This document shows, in pieces, positions 28,553-41,599 of a DNA stretch of 64,000 nucleotides (position 1 is its first letter; every line of letters begins with the position of its first letter). This DNA is from Stegostoma tigrinum. Taxonomy: Eukaryota. The notes beneath the pieces are model-generated. The model was not told the DNA's origin, searched no databases, and saw only the letters and a list, made by a program, of their open reading frames with translations. Made by a program: the position numbers and the translations under genes. Location of the stretch: NCBI RefSeq assembly GCF_030684315.1, contig NC_081397.1, positions 14,098,421-14,162,420 on the forward strand, read 5' to 3'.

Positions 28553-28593
28553 GTTGGGTTTTGGATGTGTTTTTCTCAGCACAATGTGGGGTC

Positions 28594-28974
28594 TCACTTG
28601 GAGCTGGTGTACTTGGTCACCGCCTTTGTACCCTCCGACACGGCGTGCTTGGCCAGCTCCCCGGGCAGCAGCAGCCGCACCGCGGTCTGGATCTCCCGGG
28701 AGCTGATGGTGCTGCGCTTGTTGTAATGGGCCAGGCGGGAAGCCTCCCCCGCGATACGCTCGAAAATATCCTTGACGAACGAGTTCATGATGCTCATCGC
28801 CTTGGAGGAGATGCCGGTGTCGGGGTGAACCTGCTTCAGCACTTTGTAGATGTAGATAGAGTAACTTTCTTTCCTGGATCGTTTCCTTTTCTTGCCGGCT
28901 TTCCCCGGCGCCTTCTTGATGATTTTCTTGGCGCCCTTCTTGGAGGCTTGCTGTGCTTTCTTCTCATCTGCCAT
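28594..28974 (-). CDS. H2B: Histone H2B (replication-dependent)
   Basis: [17 protein letters not shown]...[26 protein letters not shown]...[12 protein letters not shown] at 28974; TATA at 29027-29034; stem-loop at 28537. Confidence 0.99.
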   Translation of the reverse strand: MADEKKAQQASKKGAKKIIKKAPGKAGKKRKRSRKESYSIYIYKVLKQVHPDTGISSKAMSIMNSFVKDIFERIAGEASRLAHYNKRSTISSREIQTAVRLLLPGELAKHAVSEGTKAVTKYTSSK

Positions 28975-29026
28975 ACTGACAGTCACTTTCAGACACAAAA
29001 TAAGCGAAAGCGGGCTCGGAGCTCGC

Positions 29027-29138
29027 TTTTTATAGCCTGATCGCGTCAGCAATGCTAATGAGGGATGGAGGAAAGTCTTATTCATGATTGGGTAGTTTAA
29101 AAGAATGTCAAGCATGACAGCAGCCTCTCTGTGATTGG
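29027..29138 (-). promoter_or_regulatory. H2B copy 1 promoter (TATA, octamer variant, two CCAAT boxes)
   Basis: TATAAAAA at 29027-29034; ATGCTAAT octamer variant at 29052-29059; ATTGG at 29087 and 29134. Same layout at 60523-60635. Confidence 0.8.
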
Positions 29139-29626
29139 TTAGTTTGGGACACAATGTGAATCTGTCAGGATCTGCAACGAAATGCGAGACACAAACCAAA
29201 TTTTGAACACGGATCTAACTCCTAACTCACTCGAAAATCAACTGGTTATTGTCATTTAATTATATCTGGAACACAGTATCTGTGAGATTTTAAATGTGGC
29301 AGTGTGTTTTATTCTGCTCATGACAGTCTTTTGTGCATAACATATTATTTTGTTTCATCTCTCTCTGAGTTCCACAGGGCACTTGTGTCATTGAGAGATT
29401 CAGGCTTATTGAGGGATAGTTTGTCCAATGTCTGTCAGTGTCTCCTATGTGAAAATGCGAGTGCAGTTCCTGAGATGCTGCTTGGCCTGCTGTGTTCATC
29501 CAGCCTCACATTTTATTATCTTGGAATCTCCAGCATCTGCAGTTCCCATTATCTCTGCAGTTATCTATCTGTCCCAGTCTGTTTCTGCAGTGTGAATGAT
29601 TATCACTCTCTCACAATCTGTTCCTG

Positions 29627-32400
29627 TCATACAGTCATAGAGATGGATAGCACTCTTGGGTCCACCTCGGCCTTAATAATCAGATTTCGTAAATTAATCT
29701 AGTCCCATTTACCAGCATTTGGCCGATATCGCTCTAAACCCTTCTCATCCTGAAACCATCCAGAAGCCTTTTAAACGTTGTAATTGTCCCATCCTCCACC
29801 ACTTCCTTTGGCAGTTCAGTCCAATTATGCACTACCCACTGCGAGCAAATGTTGCCCACCTTAGGTTATTTTTCTCACCTCTCACCTGAAACCCATGCCC
29901 TCTAGTTAGGGATTCCTCTACTCTGGGCAAAAGAACTTGATTATTCACCCTATCCATGCCCCTCATAATTTTATAATCTTCTGCAAGGTCTCCACTCAGC
30001 GTCCAACACTCCATGGAAAACAAGCCCCAGTAAGCCCTGTCTATTCAGTCTTTCCCGAAAGGCCAAGTCTCCGGCCATGGCAACAATCTTTTAAACATTT
30101 TCTGAACCCTTTCGAGTTTTAAAAAAACCCTTCCCCATTTTAAGGGGACACAAGACCCAAATGCAGTTTCTCAAAAGTAGCCGAACCAATGTTCTGTACA
30201 GCAGCAACATGACCTCCCAAACCATACATTCAATGCACTGACCAATAAAGGCAAGTGTATGAAATGCCTTCTTTGCTGACCTGTCTATCTGTAATTCTAT
30301 TGTAAGGAGCTATGAACCTGCACTCAAAGACCCTTTGGTTTGGCTTCCCTGGAGCTTACCTGGAGCCTGCCAGTCCTGCCCTGATCTTCCCTGACAAAAT
30401 GTAGCACCTCATGCTTATCAAGATTTAACTCCATCTGACAATCCCCAGCCCAGTGGTTCTTCGATCAAAGGTCCCATTGTTGTCTGAGGTCATACAGTCA
30501 TACAGCATGGAGAAAGGCACTTTAGGTCAAACTGGTTCATGTTGACCACAGTGCCGATTCAGCTAGTTCCAATTGCCTGAATTTGGTCCATGTCCCTCTA
30601 AACCCTTGCTATTCAAATGTTTTTTTCAATGTTCCTATTGTACCTGCCTCAACCACTTTCTCTGATCACCTATTCCACATATGCACCACTCTCTCATGTC
30701 CTTCTTATACCTTTGCCCTCTAGTTTTCAATTCCCTATTCTTGCAGAAAAAATACACTGTATGCATTCATCCTAACTGTCCTCTGATGATGTAACACACA
30801 TCAATAAGGTCATACCTCATTCTCCTATGTTCCAAGGAATAAAGTACTCTCCTGGCTAATCACTCCCTATAACTGAGGCTTCCTTGCCCTGGCAACATCC
30901 TCGTAAATCTTTTTTGCACACTTTCCAGTTTAACAATGACTTTCCTATAACAGGATGACCAAACTGTACATGATCCTCCAAATGTGGCCTTACCAGCAAC
31001 TTCTACAACTGTAACGTACGTCCCAACTCTTGTACTCAATGTTCCACCCAATGAAGGACAGCATGCTGAACGCTTTCTTCACTACCCTGCCCACTTCTGA
31101 CATCACTTTCAATGAACCATGTACTTGTATTCCCAGATGCCTCTGTTCCACAACACTCCTCAGGACCGGAACACTTACTGTGCAAGTCCTACCTTGGTTT
31201 GACTTTCCAAAGTGCAAAACCTCACACTTATCTGAATTGAATTGCATTTTCCAATCCTCAGCCCACTTACCCATCTGATCAAGATCCCTCTGTTATTTTT
31301 GACAAACTTCCTTGCTATCAACAATACCTTCTAATATTGTTCATTGGCAAACTTACCAATCTTAACTTGTACATTCACATCCGGATCATTTATATAAATG
31401 ACACATAACTAAGGTCACAGCACCAACCGTTGCGGCACACCATTAGTCACAGGCCTCCAGTCCAAGAAACAACCTTCAACCATCACCCTCAGCTCCCTAC
31501 CATCAAGTACATTTTGAATCCATTTAGCTAACTCCTCCTGTGAGCCATGCAACTAAACCTCCTCACTGTCTAGCCATGCAGGACTTTGTCAAAGGTCTTA
31601 CTAAAGTCCACACAGACAACATCCACTCCCGACGCTTATCTATCCAAATGGTTACCTCTTTAAAAAACTCAAACATTTGTCAGACATGACTTCCAACTCG
31701 CAAATCCTTGCAGGCTATCCCTAATCAGACATTGACGATCCAAAGTTGGTTGATTCTGTCCCTCACTATCCTCTCCGATAGCTTACCTCTCACTGACATC
31801 AGGCTCACTGGCCTGTAGTTCCCTGGCTTGTCTTTGCTACCTTTCCTAAACAATGGAACAACATTGCCCACCCTCCAGTCTTCCAGAACTTCACCAGTGG
31901 CTAAAAATGAAGCAGAAATCTCTGCACGGTCTCTGCAATTTCTTTCCTAGCCTCCCACATCATCCAAGGACAGACTTGATCAGGCCTCGGGAATTCATCC
32001 ACCTCAATGTGATCTAAGGCTGCAAACACCTCCTCTCTGGTAATATGTATGCAGTCTAAAAATATCTCCACTTGTTTCTCTTATTTCCTTAGCATCCATG
32101 GTTCTCTCCTTAGTAAACACGGAGATGAAATATTCATTAAAAATCCCCTCCCCTGGCACCGCGATCTGCTGTGGCTCCACACATAGATCACCATGTTGAC
32201 CTTTAAAGGGACATTTTCTCTCCTGAGCCACCCTTTTACTCTTAATATAGCTGTAGAACCTCTTGGGATTATCTTTACCCTAATCTGCCAGATCCATCTC
32301 ATACCCTCTTTTTGACCTTCTGATTTCCCTCTCAAGTGTTCTCTTACACTTTTTGGAGCTATCTAGAGATTCACCTGAGTCTGATAGCTTAAACCCAATG
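29627..32400 (-). mobile_element. Nested CR1-like LINE fragments
   Basis: Two 3' tails (29627 and 30490) and RT pieces such as KWAEDWKMQFNSDKCEVLHFG. Confidence 0.88.
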
Positions 32401-32404
32401 TATT

Positions 32405-35400
32405 CCTCATGAGTGTATTCACTCATATGTCCCCTTCAGTTTCCTGTCATATGAAAATGTGAGGTTAGTTATCAATCTGTACATTTTTGTCTGCGCTCTG
32501 AATGTTTGGCAGCAGTTATCACTCTGTACCTGTCAGGTTATGCTCGATGAATAAATTTTCAGTCAATCCATGACTGTTTCTGTTATAAGAATGCAAGAGT
32601 TATTTATCATTCTGTTGCTGCCAGGCTCTGCTATGTGAATGTCTGATTGCTTTTATCAGTCTTTCCCTCTCAGTTTCTCTGTGCATATGGGAGTGTGGGT
32701 ATGGGTATCAATTTGTACCTGCCATTTTCTGGTATCTGAATATGAGAGTTTGGATGTCAATCTGTACCTGTCACCTTCTGGTGTGTCAATATTTGTTTTA
32801 AGCTCTGTGACTGTGAATGTCATTTTCAGTCTCTCTTGTTTCTGCTATTACAACATTTCACTTTAGCTATCAATGTGATGTTAGTATCTGCCAGGTGACT
32901 ATTTGAGCACAATTATCAATCTATAACTGACAACTTTCCAATATGCAAGTATGAAAGTGTAATTGTCAGGCTGATCTGGTCAGTATGTACAATGTGAATA
33001 AGGGAGTGTAGTTATCTGTCTGTCTCTGTCAAGTTCTATACATGTCAACCTAAGTGTAACCTGAAAGACAATGTAATATCAATATGTGACCGTAGTTATC
33101 AACCTGTTCCTGACATTTTCTGCTGCGAGAAGGTGAGTGTCGTTATCGTTCTAGGTCAGTCAGTCTCTGCAATGTCCATCTGAAAGTTTAGTTATCAATT
33201 CATCCCTGGTGTTTTCTGCTCAGTGAATGTGTGTAGTCATCAAAGTGAGCCTGTCAGGTTATGCTGTGGGAGACAGAGTGTTATGATCAGTCTGCTCATG
33301 ACAGTATTTGCTGTGTGAATATGCGAGTGTAAATATCTACCTAGACCTTTCAGTTTCTGATTAGTGAATGTATGAGTGCAGTTTTAATTTGTATCTGTTA
33401 GTTTCTGGTCTGTGAATCTGAGAGCGCAGTTGTCAACATCGTCCACACAGTTTGTGTTAAGTGAATGAATGCAGTTATCTGTCTGTCTCTGTTATGTGAA
33501 TGTATGAGTCCATCATCATCCTGTACCGTCAGTTAATGCACTGCAATGAGACAGTGTAGTGATCACCCTGTCCCCGTCAGTTTGTCAGACTTGACTATGA
33601 GAGTGTTGTTATTCATTGATGCCTCTCAGTTTCTGCAATATGAATGTGAAAATGCCGTTATCAATCCATACTATTCACTTCCTGCTGTGTGAATGTGTGA
33701 GTTCATTCTCTGTTTCTGCTATGTCAATATGACAGTTTAATTATCAATCTGTACATGTCAGTTTCTGTGAGATGAATTTGTGAGTGCAGTTTTCAACATG
33801 TAACAATGAGATTCTGCTCTGTGAATACTTGAGTGTCGTCATAAATCTATACCTGTCAGTTTACGCTATGAGAAACTAGGAGTGTGATCATCAACCTGTT
33901 CCTGTCAGTTTCTGGTAAGTAGGTACCTGAGTATAGATACCATTCTCTTCCTGTCAGTTTCTACTCTGAACGTGTTTCTGAAATTATCAGTCTATCCATG
34001 ACACTGCTTTGCAACAGGAATGTTTCGTTATCAATCTGTATCTGTCAGTTTCAGTTCTGAGAGTCTGAAAGCATAGTTATTAAGGTTTGTAATTCATACA
34101 GATCAGGTACTCAACTACAACAGCAATCATCCCAAGTGTCATTTCCAATAACTACAAAACAGATGACAACAGAAAGACACAACACGTCGAGATACTAGTG
34201 ACCCTGCCATACATTAACGGCATGCCAGAAATGATCACTAGATTACACCGCCCAGTAGGAATCATGATTGCCCCCACAAACCAACAGCTACTGATGAGAA
34301 TAAAGGATCCGCCAACCACGACCGACAGAACCAATATTATTTACAAGATACAATATTTATAAGATGTTATAAGTTATTTACAAGACTATGAAAGGATCGC
34401 CATAAACATTACATAGGGTAAACCTGTTGCAAACTAGACATCAGCATTCATAATCACCATCCAGCTACCAAGGGACATGGCCAACTATCATTCATCTCAA
34501 TACACATGGGCAAAGAGTGACACCAATTTGAATGGGACAACGTAGCCATCCTAGGACAAGCCAACCAAAGGCACTCACCAGAATTCCTGGAGGCTGGCAC
34601 TCAAACTGAAACTCCATTAATAAACATGTCAAGCAGGATGTCATATACTAAGATACTAATCCAGAAGAGCCACCCACCCCAGCAAACCGAGGCACATAAA
34701 CAGTAAGTAGGACAGAACACCACTGCTTCACTGATGATGTCACGTAGGATGATGACAAAACATTTGTGAAGAAACTTACAAGCTTGGCAAGCAAGTCAGC
34801 AAAAGCATAGTTATGAATCTGACCCTGACAGTAACTGCAATGCAAATGTGACGGCAATTGTCAATTTGTATCTGTCAGTTTCTGCAATTTTGAATGTTAC
34901 TGTTATCAATCTCTGTCAGTTTCTACTTGGTGACCGTGTGAGTACAGTTATCAATAAGGACCAGCCAGGTTCTTTTCTGTGAATATCATAGTAGTTATCA
35001 AAATGTACCTGGCAGTTTATGCCATGTAAAACTGGGAAGGCTGGCTCCAGCTTCTGCAATTCTTGCTCTCTCCAAGGTTATTTTCAATCTATTCCTATCA
35101 ATTTCTTCGATATGGAAATGTGCATGTACAGCAACCTGTCTCTATAAGTTTCTTCTCTGTCAATTTGCAAGTAAACCTATCAATATGTACCTATGAAAAT
35201 CTACTTTGTGAGTATTTGAGTACAATTATCAAGCTGTGCCTGTCAGTATTTTTTAAATCTGTGGATATGTGAGTGCAGTTATAAATCTGTACCTATCACT
35301 TTATGCTCGGTGTAATTGTGAGTGTTATCATCAATATATCCCTGCCAGTTTCTGATAATGTGGATATGACAGTGTAGTTATCATTCAATTTCTGTCAGTT

Positions 35401-35580
35401 TGCTGTGTGAATATGAGCGTGGTTATTAATGTGTGCATGCCAGTTCTGACTGTGGGAATATTTTCATCAATCTTTACCTGTCAGTTTATGCAAACTCAAC
35501 ATGTGAGTTTCATTATCAATCTTTTTTGGTCTGTTTCAGTAAATATGAATCTGAAGGGTTAGGTATCAATCCATACTTGT
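32405..35580. repeat. Degenerate ~49-bp satellite array, interrupted at 34095-34805
   Basis: Dozens of TTATCAATCTGTACCTGTCAGTTTCTG-like units. Confidence 0.85.
34095..34805 (+). mobile_element. Decayed Penelope-like 3' fragment
   Basis: TLPYING, TNIIYKI and EFLEA motifs; degenerate hammerhead CTGATGATGTCAC...GACAAAACA at 34731. Confidence 0.75.
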
Positions 35581-35652
35581 TGCTTTCTACTTCTAAAAGT
35601 GGCTTAATGGTCAGCAATCAATTATTTTATGGGTTGACGTGTGATTCATAAC

Positions 35653-35861
35653 GTTCTGGATGTGAGTTTGCTCGCTGAGCTGGAAGGTTAGTTTTCACAC
35701 GTTTCGTCACCAGTCTAGGTAACATCATCAGTGAGCCTCCGACGAAGCGCTGGTGTTATGTCCCACTTTCTGTTTATCTGTTTAGGTTTCCTTCCAGCTC
35801 AGCGAGCAAACTCACATCCAGAACCTCAAACTGACCTATAAATCTTCTCAAAACTCGCTAC
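35653..35861. mobile_element. Penelope pLTR-only insertion (8059 family) with inverted ends
   Basis: 35-bp perfect inverted repeat 35653-35687 / 35790-35824; TSD ATTCATAAC; hammerhead core on the - strand. Confidence 0.85.
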
Positions 35862-36599
35862 ATTCATAACATGATAGATGTTATTAGAGTAATGTTATGT
35901 GGATTTCCTTCAATTTCTGAGAGTATACTTTGTACAAAAATGGTGTAAATGTCAATGGGCTGTGAATAATGAAACTTGTCAGAACTGGGCATTTTGAATG
36001 GAGAGAAAAGAAAAATAAAATTGCATTTTACTGTTGGTTTGAATATATCTGTTGGAAATTAAGCTCAGTGTGTGACTGACTCAATCTGCTCTGTGACTGT
36101 GGAAAGGATGTTCTCTGCTCTGACAGTGGGAACATACCTGCTGTTTATTAGGATGAGCTGGTCACACTGGCTTTGATCTGAAGCAATGTTACATTGTCCT
36201 GGTCCTTCCAGTGTTTGTCTGTAGGAAGACAGAAAAGATAGCTCCTGTAAACCAACATCAGTTGGATTTGACAATACTTAACCGATCAATACAACATTTT
36301 GCTAATAGTCATTTGGATATTTTACTTAACACCAGGGATTCGAGCAGAACTATGGGTCTGATTCCAGACTTGTCCTGAGATACTTCTTGTCTGATCATTT
36401 TTAAAGACTTCAAGACCATTTGAGTGAGGTCCAAAAAGTACAAACCTGTCTGTGGATACGCGTTTAGTTATTGATCTATTCATGTCAATTTACTACTTGA
36501 TGAATGTGAGAGTGTCATTGTCAAATTTGGTAAATTATTTGTGTATTACACAGCAGAGACTGACAAGGACAGAATGATGCTGATCTACAGACCAACTCA

Positions 36600-37797
36600 A
36601 ACGATCCAGCACAGAAGGCATCCATTTGGGTCATCATGTCCATGCTGATCCAAACAACACCAGATAGCCATCTTCATCCCATTTTCCTGCACACATCCCA
36701 TAGCCCTGCAGCTTACAGAACTTACGGGGGAGGTTCAGGTATGCTCTTAAAAGAGTTTAGAGTCTCTGCCTCCACCACCAACTCAGGCATGGTATTGGAG
36801 ATACACACCTTCTTGTAAAAATGATTTTCCTCCCATCACCTCTAATCCTTCTGTCACTTCACTTTAATCTATGACCAATGTTTTTTTTTAAATTCCCTAC
36901 CAAGGGAAACATGTTCCTCCTATTTACTGTCTCTCGCTCCCCTTCCCAATTTCATACGCCTCAATCATGGCACTGCTCAGTTAATGCTGTTCCAAGGAAT
37001 ACAACTCCAACCTCTCCAATCACACCTCGTAGCTGCAGCTCTCCAACCCTGGCAACGTTCTTGTAAAACTTCTCCACACTCTCTCCCCAGCAATAACATC
37101 CTTCCTGTAATATGATGTCCAGAACAGCACACAATACCCCAGTTCCAGCTTCACCAGGGTCTTCTGCAGTTTCATCATTATCGCCCTACTTTTGTGTTCC
37201 AAACCTCTGCCAAAGTAGGACAGCATTATATACACCTTTTTAACAACCTTATCTATCTGTACTGCTACCTTCATATTCCAGTGCACTTGCACACCAAGAT
37301 GACTTGCTTCATCCGCCACACCACTGCCCCGCCACCTCTTGTCTTCCTATTTATTGTTTCACCTCCAGAAATGCATTACCTCACACTTATCAACGTTGAA
37401 CTCCATGTGCCACTTACCTGCCCACGCCACAAAACCACTGATATCATTTCAGAGTTGATCGCTATCCTCTACACTACCCAAAACATGGTTATTTTTTGTG
37501 TTGTCTGCAAATTTCCAAATTGTGTCCCTCATGCTCAAGTCCAATTGTTAATGAATAAAACAAACAGAGATTCCAATAGCAAGCTGTGTGGAACACCACT
37601 TGAAACAGCTTTCCATTCATAAGGGCAGTCATTGACCATTACCATTTGATTCCTGTTGCTAAGCCAACTTTGGTTCCAATTTAAACACATTGCTCTGTAT
37701 CCCATGTGCTTTTCTATTTTTGATTAGTCTGCCATGTGGTACTAAGTCAAATGACTCACTAAAATCCATGTAGTCAACACCCATTACACTGCCCTCA
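36600..37797 (-). mobile_element. Old CR1-like LINE fragment
   Basis: LGVQVHWNMKVAVQIDKVVKK...YCVLFW...FTRTLPGLESCSYE. Confidence 0.85.
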
Positions 37798-38395
37798 CAC
37801 ATTCACGTGGCATTTACTGACAGGGGCAGATTGTGAAATACAACTGCGTCTTCACAAAGCAATCAGTGTCTGTTCCTGCTGTATAGATTTGTAAGCTTTG
37901 TTATTAACCTGTTTATGTTAATGTATGAACACACAACATGAATATTGGAGTGCTGTTATTAACCTGTACCTGTCTTTTTCTGCTGTGAGAGTCTAAGAAT
38001 TTGGTTATTCATCCTTAACTATCAGTTTCTGCGATGTGAATATCCAATGATTGCTGTTAATGTGTAACTGTCAGTTTCCTCTACATGAATATGTGAATGT
38101 AGTTATCCATTTCGACCTGTCCTTCTTGACTATATGGATATACAAACATGATCAAACTGTTCCTATCAATATCCACAGTGTGAATGTTTAAGTGCATTTA
38201 TAAACCTTTTCCAGTCAGTTTCTATGTTGTGAGAATGGAAATATAATTATTAATCTCAGTGTTAGATTCTGTTCTGTGAATATGAGTATAGTTATCAAAC
38301 TGTACCTGTCAGTTTATGTCATATGAAACTGGGCGTGTTATACAAATCTCTTTGTATCAGCTTTGGCTTTATGAACATGAGAGTGTAGTTAAACA
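37797..38395. repeat. Degenerate ~49-bp satellite array
   Basis: Same unit; starts with inverted units right after a LINE junction, as at 16068. Confidence 0.8.
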
Positions 38396-41300
38396 GTCAT
38401 AGAGTGATACAGATGGAAAACAGACCCTTTTGTTCCAACAGTCCATGCTGACCACAGGTATCAATTTCATTCTTTTCCTTTTAACATCTACTCCTTGCAT
38501 GTGAATGAGATTTCTAATGTGCTGCCAATCTAAATTAAAGGCAGGTACTGGTCTGAGTCACACTGTCCTTTTGTATATGTCTACTTGTCTTTCCAGCTCT
38601 GCATGTATGATCTGATAGCCTTTAGGAGGTGGGATTAATGTATGACAAATTTTCTTATGTTAAGTAAGTGTGGACATGCTTCTGCAATAGTCAGTCTCTC
38701 AACAAGATTGAGAGTGTGGTTAAAGTTGGTTTTCATCAACATCAGGCTAGCAGTCAGCATGGGATCCATTCAGTCTCTGGTATTGTGTGCAAAGTGCTCC
38801 TCATTCATTGTCATTGTCTTTCACAGTACGGGTTTCATGTTATGTTCAACATGTACATTGCAAGAACTGCTGGAGTTTTATTTTTTTGCTCTGGATTGGT
38901 CAGTTTCTCATCTGAATGTGTATTTCAAATCTATCCCTTCTGTAACAAGATCATTATGAGTGTTTCTTCAATCTATTTCCAATAATCTCTGGTTTTCTGT
39001 CTTGATCTGGGTCTGCTCATGTCACTGTTTGATCTCCTTTTTGGTCCATTTAACAACAACATTTTTATTCAGTTTGTTTGTATGAGATTGTGCTGCTTTT
39101 TAATTTGTACTTTCTCCAACAGAAATTGATACATGAGTTACACGTCCAAGTCTAAGACATGATGAGATATTTGGAGGCACATTTCATCTGGATTTCAATT
39201 TACCTCTTGGGCTGTTTCAGTAGAGTCCATCGTGGATCATGCAATAGCTTCAATATTTTCTAACGTAGAGAACAAGACTAATTTGCTTTCGACCAAGCTG
39301 ATACCACATACTTTATCTAAAAGGAATGCACTCACGTACTGGGATTGAAGTTCTTCACTCTCACCCTGTCCTGTTAACAGTTAATGAAAAGCGAGCTCTC
39401 CCCACCAATGTGATCTTCGACAGTGAATATATTTTGGTGTTTTTGTATGGACATCTACTGACGTGGCAGCATCTCTGTGCTTTGTCAATTATTGTGTGCA
39501 CATTGTGTATTGGCACCATCTCACTGCATTCGTTGTTGTGTCAGAAAATCAGTTTCCTCAAGTCCTTAATTGCATGAATAAGGAGAATACCTGGTGCATC
39601 CTATTTGGTCTTCTCTGTTACTTGTTTCTTCCATTCACAGGTACAATTAATGTATTTACGAATTACTTCTCTACCTGTCAGAATGTGCTATTCAATGGGA
39701 CTGCAGGCTTCACTCCGTTGCCCTTAAAAATTAGACAGACAGTCAACACAGACCAGCGTGATTATTTTGTGAAGAACTTGGAAACTAAAAATTAACACAC
39801 AGGACTGGGGCTGCTCTCTGATGCGCAAATTCTCAGAATTCATATGAGTTTTTTGAAAAGAGCTGTTGTGATGAAACAAGATAGACAGCCACAATCGATG
39901 GACCCTGTTTCAATCTTCCTGCATTGTGTTACTGAGCAGTTTAAATGTTTCCTGGAAATTGGAAAACCATTTATCACAGTTGGAGAGGAGAGAGTTTTCA
40001 AGTCATCTCTCCTGTAGTGAATGGGAAAGAGCTGAAATTCTTCAGTTGTTTGTGCCTGTAGCATTCACAGGCAGATGAACACACAGGACATTGCAATAGT
40101 AATGAGTCTGTGCTTTTCTTCAGAGTTGAGTAGGGAAACATAAGAGACCTTTGCAACTGCTATATTGCAGAGTCTAAACAGCAGTGGTGATATCAAGGGA
40201 CATCTTCAAGATGATAGGAGTATTGTTTCATATTGCATAGTGACATTCATTTTGGAATACTGAAGTAAATGCATTAATTTAATGTGTAATTGCTAAAGGG
40301 AAAGTGCCATGAACAAATCAACTGCACTGCAGCTGACTGATCACAATATTCCTTGTGCAGGAAAGAAAATTGGCTTATTTACTTCAATTTTATTTTGTGG
40401 CTCGGACATTACCCTCTCTGTGTGGGGAGGAAGAAGACAGAAGTTTTGTCTTCTGTCATGCTTTGGAGTAAACTGGAACAGTCAAACTAAATTTACTGAA
40501 GAATAAACATTGTTGAACTCTCCTGGCAAACAAAAAAAAACGTTTACTGTCTACCTGATTTGGCCAAATCCTTCTTTCTCCATTGTTTTGAAAAAAATGA
40601 CTTTTTATTATGTTCCACATTTGAGAAAATGGCATCTAATTTTCTAGTGTGTGTGATGTAATACTTCAAAGGGAGTGTCATGTGGAACACAGGGCTATTT
40701 GAATAAAATTTAAGCTAATTGGGAAAAAAACGGTTCACAATTATAAAGTCCTCTTGCTGAGGACAGAACAAAAGAAAAATCTATTCCCGCTCAGTGAAAA
40801 AATTGACAACTATTCGGTGATCAAGGTAGGGATGGTAGTTCCTCTGCCACCATGATATATTGATGGAAATTGAATGCTGGCTGAATGGACGTAGAATTGT
40901 TGCCTGGTTGTTTCTAACCAGTACAGGCTCAGTGAGAAACAGAACTGTTTGCTGTGCCGCAGATGTCTATGACTACATATGTGAGAGTGATAATTATTCA
41001 CATTTTCTGTTAGCTGGAGTTTAAATGGAACTCCATAGCTGTTAGTCCTTGCATCATATCTGTCGTTATGGTGTTTGCATTTTGAACTAATTCTGAATCA
41101 GTCAGTACCTATGGCTGTCAGTCCATCCACATGGAGACAAAGCAAAGTTAATATCACACGTCCTGTGACATTTCTTCAGAACAGAGGTTGAACTTCCGAA
41201 CACTCGTTTCTCTTCACAGGTGCTGACAGGCTTGCTGAGTTTTTGCAGCAATTTCTACTTCTGTCTCTGATTTCTATCATCTGCAGTTCCTTGATTTTCC

Positions 41301-41599
41301 ATTTGCCAGACTTTGACACTGAAAATTCACATCATTTATTTGTCGTGTTTATGTATGGGATTAATACTTATCAAAGGAGCAATTCTGTCCCGATCAGTTA
41401 TTGGTCAACTAAACTTAAATATCATTCGTCATTTATTTTGGTGACTCATGACTGTTAGTGACTGCAGTATTTTCTACATCTGTATTAAACATCTACCTCG
41501 ACTAAGATTGTTGATACAGTGTAACAGAGTGATCATCTGGATTGTAACTTGAAAAATATGCTTAATAACCGTAGATTTAATTCAGTTCCTGACTGATTT

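Noticed and set aside
28975-29199. N-terminal extensions of H2B, H2A, H3 and H4 in the ORF track
   Set aside because: They start at non-ATG codons or upstream of the TATA box; the canonical ATGs are used instead.
38470-39600. Possible very old Penelope-like ORF on the - strand (ERLTIAEA)
   Set aside because: Too decayed to support by eye; needs a profile search.
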